A stretch of DNA of 64,000 nucleotides from an archaeon (GTDB lineage: Archaea; Undinarchaeota; CAZHTU01; JBDRCC01), in NCBI GenBank assembly GCA_043822065.1, contig JBDRCC010000007.1, forward strand, positions 64,001 to 128,000. Direction: 5' to 3'. The translations under genes and the position numbers were made by a program. This document shows positions 1 through 8,836 of this stretch, piece by piece. How positions within the stretch are numbered: the stretch's first letter is position 1; each line of letters starts with the position of its first letter. The notes below the pieces were generated by a model. That model saw only the letters and a list, made by a program, of their open reading frames with translations, was not told the origin of the DNA and searched no databases.

Positions 1-702
1 TACGTCTGCCTCATGCACCTCCACGAGGACGCCCCGCTCCGCGACCTGAAAACGGCAATGAAGGAGCTCACGGGCAAGACATACCAGCGCCCCCCTCTTC
101 GTTCAGCCGTCAAGCGCGTCCTGCGCGTTAGGGAGGCATACGCCATCGACCTCATAGAAAAGGACGGCAAGGCAGTCCTGTTCCGCGTCTCCTGCGAAGC
201 AGGCTACTACGTCCGCAAGCTCTGCCACGACATCGGGACAATCCTCGGGGTGGGCGCCCAGATGACCGAGCTCCGAAGGACTAGGACCGGGCCATATGAC
301 GAGGGCTCAATTGCCAGCCTCCAGAAGCTTTCCGAGGCCAAATACCTATTGGACACCAAGGGCGACGAGTCCTACCTCCGCAGGCTTGTAATGCCCGTAG
401 AGTCAGCAGTTTCCATGATTCCCAAGGTGGCCGTCCAGGACTCAGCAGTAGGCGCCCTGTGCAATGGCTCAAAACTCATGGCCCCTGGCGTTGCAAAGCT
501 CCAGCGGTTCAAGAAGGGCAGCACAATCGCGCTCCTCACGCTCAAGGGCGAGCTGATATGCCTCGCAGTCGCAGAGGAGGGCTCTGACAAGATACTTAAG
601 ATGCCAAAGGGCTTCTGCGCAAAATCCACCCGCGTTATTATGCCAGAGGGAATCTACCCCAGGATGTGGAAAACCCAGAAAACCAAGCCGCCCGACCAAT
701 AA
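1..702 (+). CDS. cbf5: H/ACA pseudouridine synthase Cbf5 (TruB family with PUA domain), 5'-truncated by the window
   Basis: YQRPPLRSAVKR, CEAGYYVRKLCHDIG and MTELRRTRTGP motifs; PUA domain; IYPRMW ending. Confidence 0.96.
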   Translation, partial: YVCLMHLHEDAPLRDLKTAMKELTGKTYQRPPLRSAVKRVLRVREAYAIDLIEKDGKAVLFRVSCEAGYYVRKLCHDIGTILGVGAQMTELRRTRTGPYDEGSIASLQKLSEAKYLLDTKGDESYLRRLVMPVESAVSMIPKVAVQDSAVGALCNGSKLMAPGVAKLQRFKKGSTIALLTLKGELICLAVAEEGSDKILKMPKGFCAKSTRVIMPEGIYPRMWKTQKTKPPDQ

Positions 703-783
703 GCAACATACCTGCTTTGTTCTTGTCTAATGAACGGCATTAAACCAAAAACAGGCAAGCCAACCGTTTTTTAGACAAAAATG

Positions 784-791
784 TTTATAAA
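784..791 (+). promoter_or_regulatory. TATA box TTTATAAA with A-rich BRE upstream
   Basis: Same motif sits about 28-31 nt upstream of many start codons in this window. Confidence 0.5.
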
Positions 792-819
792 CATATACAG
801 CCTATACTATGATGGCAAG

Positions 820-903
820 ATGAATGTAGCAACTACAAAGCAAATAATAAAAGCGTTGCTGTTGTTTGTTGTGTTCTTCTTCGGTCTGAAGAAGAAGCAA
901 TAG
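820..903 (+). CDS. Putative 27-aa hydrophobic peptide MNVATTKQIIKALLLFVVFFFGLKKKQ
   Basis: Translated by hand; follows a TATA box; hydrophobic core with a KKK tail; below the ORF-track cutoff. Confidence 0.35.
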   Translation: MNVATTKQIIKALLLFVVFFFGLKKKQ

Positions 904-961
904 TAACTGCTCATCGTCCCCCCAAAACCTTTTGTATATAATTCCCTCTATACCTGTACTT

Positions 962-1432
962 TTACTCTGCCGACCTGTCTACGAAAATTAGCGCATATCC
1001 TATCCGGTTGGTGGCCTGTGCAGGCAGGGCATCCACAAGCGTGACATCAAACCCCTGCATCTCCTTGGTGTTTCCCTCAAACAGCGTTACCGTCTTAAGC
1101 TGCCCGCCGCCAGCTAAGCTCAGCCGGGCGGCATCAGTTATACTCGCCTCTCCCTTGAAAACCGCGGTCAGGCATATACTGTACTCACCGCCTATCGGCT
1201 CGCAGCCCCCCTGGGTGCTTATGTAACCATAAAAGTCATGGCCTATGTCACAGTCCGGGCAGCTGTTTGATGTCTCGCCAACAGTGCACATGCCATCACC
1301 GCAAATAACCTGGATCTGGCCTGAAAACATGCCAGAGGTGGGCATCTGCGCCGGGACCATAGTGTAAAGTATGATTGCCCCTGAAACAGCTATTATCGCA
1401 ATCCCCAATTTTGCGCTGCTGTCAATCTTCAT
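962..1432 (-). CDS. Membrane-anchored or secreted protein with a CGDGxC...E...CPDC Cys motif
   Basis: N-terminal hydrophobic helix; CGDGMCTVGETSNSCPDC; TATA at about 1456-1462. Confidence 0.75.
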   Translation of the reverse strand: MKIDSSAKLGIAIIAVSGAIILYTMVPAQMPTSGMFSGQIQVICGDGMCTVGETSNSCPDCDIGHDFYGYISTQGGCEPIGGEYSICLTAVFKGEASITDAARLSLAGGGQLKTVTLFEGNTKEMQGFDVTLVDALPAQATNRIGYALIFVDRSAE

Positions 1433-1536
1433 GCCATAATTATGGCGCCAGTCCTATTTAAACCTAAGTAAATACTGAATGCTGGCTGGTTCCTGCCAAA
1501 AACTTAAAGAACAAACCACCCATAATACCAAATCAC

Positions 1537-1607
1537 GCGGGGGTGACAGACTGGCTATGTGACCGGCTGCAGACCGGTATAAGAGGGTTCAATTCCCTCC
1601 CCCCGCT
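1537..1607 (+). tRNA. tRNA-Cys (GCA)
   Basis: Acceptor GCGGGGG/CCCCCGC; anticodon arm ACCGG-CTGCAGA-CCGGT; T arm GAGGG-TTCAATT-CCCTC; U73. Confidence 0.96.
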
Positions 1608-1663
1608 CTATACCTTATAGCATTTCTAAAATCGATTGTGGCTGAGCAGCCTGTTTTCTCGCT

Positions 1664-2791
1664 TTATTGCTTGGAAAGCGTAACCGCGCTCGAGGCTGAG
1701 CCGGAGCAGCAGGTGGAGGTGAATTCAATATTTCCAGTTATGAAGTCGCCGCTCTTGGAACCAGCGAAGGCGCCCACATACGGGTTGCCGCCGGCTGTAA
1801 AAAAGCCGGTGCTGAACTGGAGGCTGGATGCCGTGCCGCTTACTACAGGGCTGTCCGCCCAGGGAACCTGGCTGTCCAGGCAGGTGAACCCCGCGGTCGA
1901 GCCGGCGATGCCATAAGAGGTAAACAAGGCGTCGACGCTGGCAGTCCCGCTCAACGCGCCGCTGGAATCCTCAATTACCGTCAGGGATATAGTGCCCCCG
2001 AACGTGTCGTCAAATGTGCAGGTGGTGTAATACTCCTGGAATGCCCGGTCATAGTTGCCCCTCACGCTGAATGTGCCGGCATAAACCTCCTCCACCGGCT
2101 CAACTTCTTTAAGCTTTTCTATTACTGCAGTCTCCTTCTCGCAGACAGACAGGCCGACCAAGTCAACCGCGCACACCCCAAACGTGTAAGTCCCCTCTGT
2201 CGTAGGTATCCCTATCAGGAGGCCGTCGATGCCGACTACTGTGCCCCACGGCGGGGTCCCCTCCCGGAACGTGTCTGATTGGTAGTGGTACGGCGGGGTG
2301 CCTCCTGCGACGCCGGCTATCATGTTGGCTTGGCACATCTGGTCAACAAAGCACAAAACTGGGGTAAGCTGGAGAGTAAGCGACGGCTGTTTGACTATAA
2401 TCGCAAGCTCAAGCGAAACCGCCCGCCCGGCAGAATCCGTTATGGTTATGGTGAAGGGCGGCGAGACGCTCTTGGTGCTTCCTGGGGCAAGCAATGGCGG
2501 TGTCCCGTCAAGTATGCAGTTTGCCAGTATGAAGCCAGGCGGCAGTGCGCCTGCAGTGACTGCGCAGGCGTAAGGCGGGGTGCCGCCTTGAGCGGTTATC
2601 GGATATATCCCCTGCTGGCCAGCAGTCCACTCAGGGAGCCCGGAGACCGTGGCTTGCAACGGCGCGTCGCCTCCATCGCCAGTGCACCCTGAAGCAAGCA
2701 GGATAGCTAACACAAGAAGGAAAACAGGCGTCTTATTACCGGCTCTCACAGCCCTACATAAAATAAACTTTCTTATATAGATTCTTAGCAA
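1664..2791 (-). CDS. Surface lipoprotein-like protein with two putative Ig-like (He_PIG-type) domains
   Basis: LASGC lipobox-like signal; two GGTPPY...G.P...G...FT repeats; start codon uncertain. Confidence 0.75.
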   Translation of the reverse strand: MLRIYIRKFILCRAVRAGNKTPVFLLVLAILLASGCTGDGGDAPLQATVSGLPEWTAGQQGIYPITAQGGTPPYACAVTAGALPPGFILANCILDGTPPLLAPGSTKSVSPPFTITITDSAGRAVSLELAIIVKQPSLTLQLTPVLCFVDQMCQANMIAGVAGGTPPYHYQSDTFREGTPPWGTVVGIDGLLIGIPTTEGTYTFGVCAVDLVGLSVCEKETAVIEKLKEVEPVEEVYAGTFSVRGNYDRAFQEYYTTCTFDDTFGGTISLTVIEDSSGALSGTASVDALFTSYGIAGSTAGFTCLDSQVPWADSPVVSGTASSLQFSTGFFTAGGNPYVGAFAGSKSGDFITGNIEFTSTCCSGSASSAVTLSKQ

Positions 2792-2838
2792 AGTGTGGCT
2801 TCAACATCCTTATAAACTCCACGATTTAGAGGATAATA

Positions 2839-4137
2839 ATGCCTGAATCCCAAGCATCCAAAAGCCATAGCCCTGAATGTGTAGACAAATTCAGGCAGTT
2901 GGGGATAGCCGAGCCCGTACTGAATGCCATAGCGGAGCAGGGATTCGAGATGCCGTCGGAGATACAACGCAAGTCCATACAGCTTGTCGTGTCCGGCAAA
3001 GATGTCATAGCCGAGGCGGCAACCGGTTCAGGGAAGACATTGGCCTTTGACGCCGGCATCATACAGAACACCGAGCCAGGATACGGCCTCCAGGCGCTTA
3101 TACTTACCCCTACCCGGGAGCTGGCAGAGCAGAACGCGAGGGCGCTCAGGTCATTTTCAAAATACAAGCCCCTCCATATTGTCACTATCTACGGCGGCGT
3201 GCCCATCAACAAGCAGATACACTTAGTCCGGACTGCCGACGTGGTCGTTGCCACGCCGGGGCGGCTCCTGGACCACATGGAGCGGGGCACCATTCAGCTG
3301 AATGAAATTACCATTCTTGTTCTTGACGAGGCGGATACCATGCTCGACATGGGGTTCATAAGGGACGTCCGGAAAATAATGCAAGCTTGCCCAAGGAGCC
3401 GCCAGACGCTCCTTTTCTCTGCCACAATCACGCGGGAGGTAGCCCGCCTCTCTCATGACTACATGCGCTCGCCGCAGCAGGTCTTCGCGGAGCCCCAGGT
3501 TGACCCGAAACAGCTGGCCCAAGTCTACTACGAGATATCTAGCAAGCTCAAGTTTTCCCTGCTAGCGCATCTGCTAATGCACGAAGACGCGAAGCTCGTT
3601 ATGGTGTTCTGCAATACCCGGCGCTTCGTGGATATAGTGGCAAGAAACCTCAACCAGGCAGGCATAGATGCGATGCCTATCCACGGCGGGCTTACCCAGT
3701 CAAAGAGGGGCAAGACCCTGCACCAGTTCCACTCCCAGGCGACGACGGTGCTCGTCTGCACTGACGTGGCTGCGAGGGGGCTGGACATACCCCATGTGTC
3801 CCACATTTACAATTATGACCTGCCAAAGGAAAGCAAGCAGTACATTCACAGGATTGGGCGGACTGCCAGAGCGGGAAAAGAGGGGAAAGTCATAAACCTG
3901 CTTTCCGAGCGGGACCATGACGCCTTTAGGCAGGTGCTGCATGATAATGGTGTTAAAGTCACGAGGATGGCTGTGCCCCCGATGAAAAGAATAGAGATGC
4001 AGCAAACTGGGCGGCGGGACTACCGCCAAGGAAACGACAGAAGGCGAAACCCACATAAGAATTATTCTCACCTGCAGAGGCGCCAGAGGTCTTCATCACA
4101 CAGCCAGCGGGCGCCAAGCCGGGGCTCCAGCAGATAG
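2839..4137 (+). CDS. DEAD-box RNA helicase
   Basis: ATGSGKT, PTRELA, TPGRL, DEAD, SAT, ARGLD and HRIGRTAR motifs; Arg-rich tail. Confidence 0.97.
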   Translation: MPESQASKSHSPECVDKFRQLGIAEPVLNAIAEQGFEMPSEIQRKSIQLVVSGKDVIAEAATGSGKTLAFDAGIIQNTEPGYGLQALILTPTRELAEQNARALRSFSKYKPLHIVTIYGGVPINKQIHLVRTADVVVATPGRLLDHMERGTIQLNEITILVLDEADTMLDMGFIRDVRKIMQACPRSRQTLLFSATITREVARLSHDYMRSPQQVFAEPQVDPKQLAQVYYEISSKLKFSLLAHLLMHEDAKLVMVFCNTRRFVDIVARNLNQAGIDAMPIHGGLTQSKRGKTLHQFHSQATTVLVCTDVAARGLDIPHVSHIYNYDLPKESKQYIHRIGRTARAGKEGKVINLLSERDHDAFRQVLHDNGVKVTRMAVPPMKRIEMQQTGRRDYRQGNDRRRNPHKNYSHLQRRQRSSSHSQRAPSRGSSR

Positions 4138-4206
4138 CCGCCATCCGCCCTCCCTGCTACCCCACTCCCTCAAGAGCAAAAGTTTAAATTACCCTTCTGC
4201 CTATTA

Positions 4207-4340
4207 CCAGCCGTCAACGGCATATCACTGGCGCGTTGGCAGAGGCTAAATGCACGCAACAACCCGAATTGGGGACGAAGAAGACGACTGCGACGAGTAA
4301 ACGCACGCGAGTTTTTTCTTCTCGCCTTAGCTATACGCTC
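4207..4340 (+). other. Putative small structured transcript and/or 16-aa ORF (4250-4300)
   Basis: TATA-like TTTAAATT at 4183-4190, several stems and a T-tract at 4312-4321; no family recognised. Confidence 0.25.
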
Positions 4341-4418
4341 CTTCTGTTAAGGAATTCAACTATTTATTATTCAATGGTTGTCAATATCTTTTTATTTGCG
4401 GAGCGCATAGGTTAACAG

Positions 4419-5828
4419 ATGAAGATATACAACACCCTGAGCCGGGAGAAGGAGGAGTTTGCCCCGGTCAGCGGCAAGACGGTCAATATGTACGTCTGCG
4501 GCCCGACAGTCTATGACTACTCCCACCTCGGTCATGCGCGGGCTTACCTCGCTTTTGATGTAGTCCACCGGTACCTCCTCTACAAGAAGTACGAGGTCAA
4601 CTACATTCAGAACATCACCGACGTCGACGACAAGATAATCAACCGGGCAAACGAAACCAAGCGGAAGCCTTCGGACGTAGCTGAGAAATTTACCAAAGAG
4701 TACCTTGCAGACATGGACTCCCTCGGCATCCTTCGGCCGACCAGCCAGCCAAGGGCGACTGGAGTCATACCTGAGATGATAACGATAATAAAATCTCTAA
4801 TATCAAAGGGGTTCGCCTACGAGTCCGGCGGGGACGTCTATTTCTCCCTCCGGAAGTTCAAGGGCTACGGAAAGCTCTCCGGGCAAACAATCGACCAGAT
4901 GAAGGTGGGGGCGCGGGTGGAACCTGGCGAAAACAAACGGGACCCGCTGGACTTTGCCCTCTGGAAGAAATCAAAGCCGGGCGAGCCAGAGTGGGACTCC
5001 CCCTGGGGCAAGGGGCGCCCGGGCTGGCACATCGAGTGCTCCGCGATGTCAATGAAATACGGGGCTGAGACACTTGACATCCACGCTGGCGGGCAGGACC
5101 TCATATTCCCACACCACGAGAACGAAATCGCGCAGTCCGAGGCTTACACTGGCAAGCCCTTTGCCAAATACTGGCTGCACAACGGCTTCGTAACAATCAA
5201 CAAGGAGAAGATGTCAAAGTCGCTGGGAAACTTCTTCACAATCCGCGACATACTGAAGAAGTACAGCCCGCTTGCGGTCAGGTTTTTTCTCCTTTCGACC
5301 TCCTATCGGAGCCCGATAGACTTCTCGAACGACGCGCTCGAGCAGGCGCAGAGGGGTGCGGAGCGGCTGTTAAACACATATAGCCTCCTCATCCTCAACC
5401 TAAAGTCTGCGAAATCTTCTGCGCCCTCCGCCGGCGACAAGAAGCTGTCTGGCGAGCTAAAGGAGAAAAAACAGGGCTTCCTCAAGGCGATGGACGACGA
5501 CTTCAATACCAGCGAGGCGATTGCCAGGCTCTTCGAGATTTCTACTCTGGTGCACAAGTACCTCGAGAACGGCAAGCCGAATGCCGCCGTCCTTAAAGAG
5601 GCAGTGGACTTATTCAAAGACTTCGACAGGATACTCGGTTTCCTCCAGTTTGCCAAGACTGAGCTTCCCATTCCGGAATCTGAAATAACGCAGATGGTAA
5701 ACGACCGCGAGGCGGCGCGTAAGACTAAGGACTATGCAAAGGCAGACGCAATCCGCAGCCAGCTTCTTGGCAAGGGAATAATCATAGAAGACCAAAAGGA
5801 CGGGACCGTGAGATGGAAAATAAAGTGA
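4419..5828 (+). CDS. cysS: Cysteine--tRNA ligase
   Basis: MYVCGPTVY, HLGH, GRPGWHIEC, FPHHENE, KMSKS. Confidence 0.98.
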   Translation: MKIYNTLSREKEEFAPVSGKTVNMYVCGPTVYDYSHLGHARAYLAFDVVHRYLLYKKYEVNYIQNITDVDDKIINRANETKRKPSDVAEKFTKEYLADMDSLGILRPTSQPRATGVIPEMITIIKSLISKGFAYESGGDVYFSLRKFKGYGKLSGQTIDQMKVGARVEPGENKRDPLDFALWKKSKPGEPEWDSPWGKGRPGWHIECSAMSMKYGAETLDIHAGGQDLIFPHHENEIAQSEAYTGKPFAKYWLHNGFVTINKEKMSKSLGNFFTIRDILKKYSPLAVRFFLLSTSYRSPIDFSNDALEQAQRGAERLLNTYSLLILNLKSAKSSAPSAGDKKLSGELKEKKQGFLKAMDDDFNTSEAIARLFEISTLVHKYLENGKPNAAVLKEAVDLFKDFDRILGFLQFAKTELPIPESEITQMVNDREAARKTKDYAKADAIRSQLLGKGIIIEDQKDGTVRWKIK

Positions 5829-6802
5829 CCGTCGGCTTTCTCGAAATTAACGAGATACAAAAGATTAAGCCCGCACTGGAAACGGAGTTCTCCAGTGGCG
5901 AATCTGTTGCAATAAAGCTCCATATGGGCGAAACTTACAACAAGAACTTCCTAAAGCCGGCTTTCGTCAGGCAGTTCGTGGATGCCCTGACAAGCATCGG
6001 GTGCGAGCCCTTCCTCTTTGACTCGCCGACGCTCTACCGGGGCGGGAGGTCGAATTCCACAGCCTACATGCTCACTGCCGCGAAGAATGGATTCACAAAA
6101 AAGGCAATTGGCTGCCCAATAAAAATCTCAAACCGCGCAGAATACTTCCCGTCCGAGCACTTCGACGTCGGCGTCTGCAAGCACCTCCTTGAAGCCGACG
6201 GCGTCTTTGTCCTCAGCCATGTGAAGGGTCATGTGTGCGCAGGGTTTGGCGCCGCCATAAAGAACATTGGCATGGGCGCGCTTGACAAGAAGACCAAAGG
6301 TGCGATACACAACGGGGGCAAGCCGGTTTACACCGAAGGCTGCACAGAATGCGGCGTATGCTCAAAGGCATGCCCATTCGGCAGCATATACTACAAGGGC
6401 AGCAGGCCGCATTTCGACGGCGGCTACTGCAGCGGCTGCGGCGTTTGCATACTCTCGTGCCCTCAAAAACTGATAAAGCCGAAGATTGCAATGTTCGACC
6501 TCCTGCTTGCAGAAGGCGCGGCGGTTGCGTACAAGCAATTCAAGAAATCGTATTTCGCGAACGCCATGCTGCAAGTCTCCAAGTGGTGCGACTGCGCCCC
6601 GTCCTCAGAGATAATCGCCAAGGACGTCGGAATTGTCCACGGCAAAGACCCGGTTGCAGCTGACAAGGCGGCCTACGACCTGCTAAAGGAACGCGAGGGC
6701 GGGGACGTCTTCTACAAGGCAAACCGAAAGAGCCCGCTTGACCACATCCGCGCCGCGAGCAGGCTCGACATGGGCACGCTCCAGTACTCTCTAAAAAAAT
6801 GA
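5813..6802 (+). CDS. DUF362-family protein with a 2x[4Fe-4S] ferredoxin domain
   Basis: VAIKLHMGE, SHVKGH...GFGAAIKN, two CxxCxxCxxxCP motifs, CDC, DPVAAD. Confidence 0.88.
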   Translation: MENKVTVGFLEINEIQKIKPALETEFSSGESVAIKLHMGETYNKNFLKPAFVRQFVDALTSIGCEPFLFDSPTLYRGGRSNSTAYMLTAAKNGFTKKAIGCPIKISNRAEYFPSEHFDVGVCKHLLEADGVFVLSHVKGHVCAGFGAAIKNIGMGALDKKTKGAIHNGGKPVYTEGCTECGVCSKACPFGSIYYKGSRPHFDGGYCSGCGVCILSCPQKLIKPKIAMFDLLLAEGAAVAYKQFKKSYFANAMLQVSKWCDCAPSSEIIAKDVGIVHGKDPVAADKAAYDLLKEREGGDVFYKANRKSPLDHIRAASRLDMGTLQYSLKK

Positions 6803-7413
6803 CCGAAAAAAAGCCAGAGCATTACTTTACAAGCAGGCAGACGTCAGAGATAAAGTACGGCATAGTAAAAGCGACAATCCTTGGCAGGGAATACAGCTTC
6901 TATACGTGCTCCGGGCTGTTCTCCTGGAAAGAAATAGACCGCGGCACATGGACATTGATAAAATACATGCGGCTCCCTGACGCAGGCAGCATACTCGACC
7001 TCGGCTGCGGCTTTGGCGCGGTCGGCATCGTCGCAGCAGCGCTCAAGCCGCAGGGCAAAGTCCTGCTCACTGACATCAACTACCGCGCAGTCCACATGGC
7101 AAGAAAAACCATCAAGGAGATGGAGCTGTCCAATGCAAGCGCCAGGACCGGGAACTTATTTGAGAAAATTCCTGAAAAGTTCGACACCATACTTGTAAAC
7201 CCCCCTTTTGCAGCAGGGCTTGAGACTGTCTTCCGCTTTATCGCCGAGTCTAAGCAACATTTATATCCGCACGGGACATTACAGGTAGTGGCGCGCCACA
7301 ACAAGGGCGGGGCGCGAGTGCAGGAGAAAATCGAGGACGTCTTCGGCAATTCCGAAGTGCTTGGAAAGTCCGGCGGCTTCCGGGTCTACATGGGAACTAA
7401 TGAACATAAATGA
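6799..7413 (+). CDS. Class I SAM-dependent methyltransferase (RsmC/MTS small-domain family)
   Basis: EHYF, GLFS..IDRGT, LDLGCGFG, NPPF. Confidence 0.9.
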   Translation: MTEKKPEHYFTSRQTSEIKYGIVKATILGREYSFYTCSGLFSWKEIDRGTWTLIKYMRLPDAGSILDLGCGFGAVGIVAAALKPQGKVLLTDINYRAVHMARKTIKEMELSNASARTGNLFEKIPEKFDTILVNPPFAAGLETVFRFIAESKQHLYPHGTLQVVARHNKGGARVQEKIEDVFGNSEVLGKSGGFRVYMGTNEHK

Positions 7414-8119
7414 GATAGTCGACCGCTACAAGTCTGCGAGCGAATCAGAGTTCTACGAGCGCATAAAAAACAGCCTTGACATCGAAAAAATCCTTTTCCT
7501 TTACGGCAGGTCTGTCTCCGTCTTTGAGCTTATGATACTCCTCCAGAAGAAGGCGGACTCCTGGAAGCTCCAGACAAACCGTGACCGCCTTTACTCAGCC
7601 CTTTCCCACAGGCTCAACGCCCAGTACGCCGGGGGCAATATCCTCCTCCAGCCAATGGCAAACTTTGACGAGGACCTGCACTTCCTGATACAGAAGGTTG
7701 TCCGGGACAATGGCATTCCCCTGTATGAGGGGGAGTTTAAGGTTGTATCTCCGAAGATGCTGACCCAGACCTCGAACAGCATACTTAGGACATACCTCAA
7801 GCTAAGGTTCACAACCGAGCGCGACTTCCTCGGCGCGTTTGAAAAAGCCGAATCCCAGCTTGCAAAGCACATAGCCCGCGCAACAGACGGCCTCCGCCTT
7901 GCCGCCACTGATGCGGAGCTGCTCACTTTTCTTGCGGCATTCTACAAGGACATTCTGAACCTTGAGAAGAACCAGGCCAAGGCTATTTATTCCCAGAAGG
8001 CTGCAGAGCTCAACCTGGTCAGCCGCATGAAAAGGAAGTACGCCTTGACAGACGAGGAAACAACCGCGCTCAGGTACACGATTTACAAGGCAGTCAAGGA
8101 CATCTGCGACCACGTCTAG
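7400..8119 (+). CDS. Hypothetical helical protein
   Basis: Long ORF whose ATG at 7400 overlaps the upstream gene; genome-like codon usage. Confidence 0.7.
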   Translation: MNINEIVDRYKSASESEFYERIKNSLDIEKILFLYGRSVSVFELMILLQKKADSWKLQTNRDRLYSALSHRLNAQYAGGNILLQPMANFDEDLHFLIQKVVRDNGIPLYEGEFKVVSPKMLTQTSNSILRTYLKLRFTTERDFLGAFEKAESQLAKHIARATDGLRLAATDAELLTFLAAFYKDILNLEKNQAKAIYSQKAAELNLVSRMKRKYALTDEETTALRYTIYKAVKDICDHV

Positions 8120-8571
8120 CTATAGCTGTGCTTTACGTCCTCTTTGTACACTTTTGCAATTCTTATCCCCTCTGTCTGGGCCACGCCCTCCACCTTTGCA
8201 AACTTCTTTGCGGACAGCTCATAGTAGGCGTCGTTGTCCTGCGTCCTTATCTTAAGTAGGATACCCCACGTGCCTATCATCCAGTATGCCTCTTCGACTT
8301 CTGGATTCTTAAGGAGCTCCTTGACGACTGTCTCGGCGTCCGCATTTGCCCGCAGCCGTATCCTCATGTATGTGAGTATGGGAAGCCCAATCTTTGCCGG
8401 GTCGACAAGCGGGACCATCTTCTTCACAGTACCATCCTTTTGCATCCTGCCTATGCGCTCCCTGACCGTAGACGGCGGGATGCCGAGCTTCCGCCCAATG
8501 CTGACGCTTTGGGGGACGCAGTAGCCTCCCTCCTGCATAATTTTTAGAATCTGCTTGTCCATGTCGTCCAT
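8116..8571 (-). CDS. Lrp/AsnC-family transcriptional regulator
   Basis: MDDMDKQILK start, HTH (LGIPPSTVRERI), VDPAKIG linker, RAM domain; start corrected to 8571. Confidence 0.92.
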   Translation of the reverse strand: MDDMDKQILKIMQEGGYCVPQSVSIGRKLGIPPSTVRERIGRMQKDGTVKKMVPLVDPAKIGLPILTYMRIRLRANADAETVVKELLKNPEVEEAYWMIGTWGILLKIRTQDNDAYYELSAKKFAKVEGVAQTEGIRIAKVYKEDVKHSYS

Positions 8572-8583
8572 AGTTTGTTCGAA

Positions 8584-8611
8584 AAGCGGATTTATTATAT
8601 ACTTTCCGCTT
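8584..8611. promoter_or_regulatory. Inverted repeat AAGCGGA/TCCGCTT enclosing the Lrp gene TATA box
   Basis: Arms 8584-8590 and 8605-8611 flank TATATAAT on the minus strand, about 30 nt before the ATG. Confidence 0.4.
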
Positions 8612-8699
8612 ATTAAACGGCACAGGAAATCATCTCCTGTCAAGCCAAAACTAATAAAAGCAAGCACCAATATTACCTTCCCACTTTCTATCTGTCCGT

Positions 8700-8787
8700 G
8701 CGGAGGTGGCACAATCTGGTACTGCGCAAGCCTGGAAAGCTTGTGGGCCCTTGGCCCTTGGGAGTTCAAATCTCCCCCTCCGCGCCA
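8700..8787 (+). tRNA. tRNA-Ser (GGA), CCA encoded
   Basis: GCGGAGG/CCTCCGC; CAAGC-CTGGAAA-GCTTG; long variable arm; G73-CCA. Confidence 0.96.
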
Positions 8788-8836
8788 TACTATCCGACAG
8801 CAAACTTCAAGAACAGGATTGCCTTACATAAATAAT

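Noticed and set aside
4230-4256. GGCGCGTTGGCAGAGGCTAAATGC resembles a tRNA 5' half (split-tRNA candidate)
   Set aside because: No anticodon arm, no BHB half-site and no matching 3' half seen in the window
8555-8836. N-terminal extensions of ORFs 8555..9799 (+) and 8116..8769 (-)
   Set aside because: They run through tRNA-Ser and the promoter region; the likely starts are 8837 (signal peptide) and 8571 (Lrp HTH)
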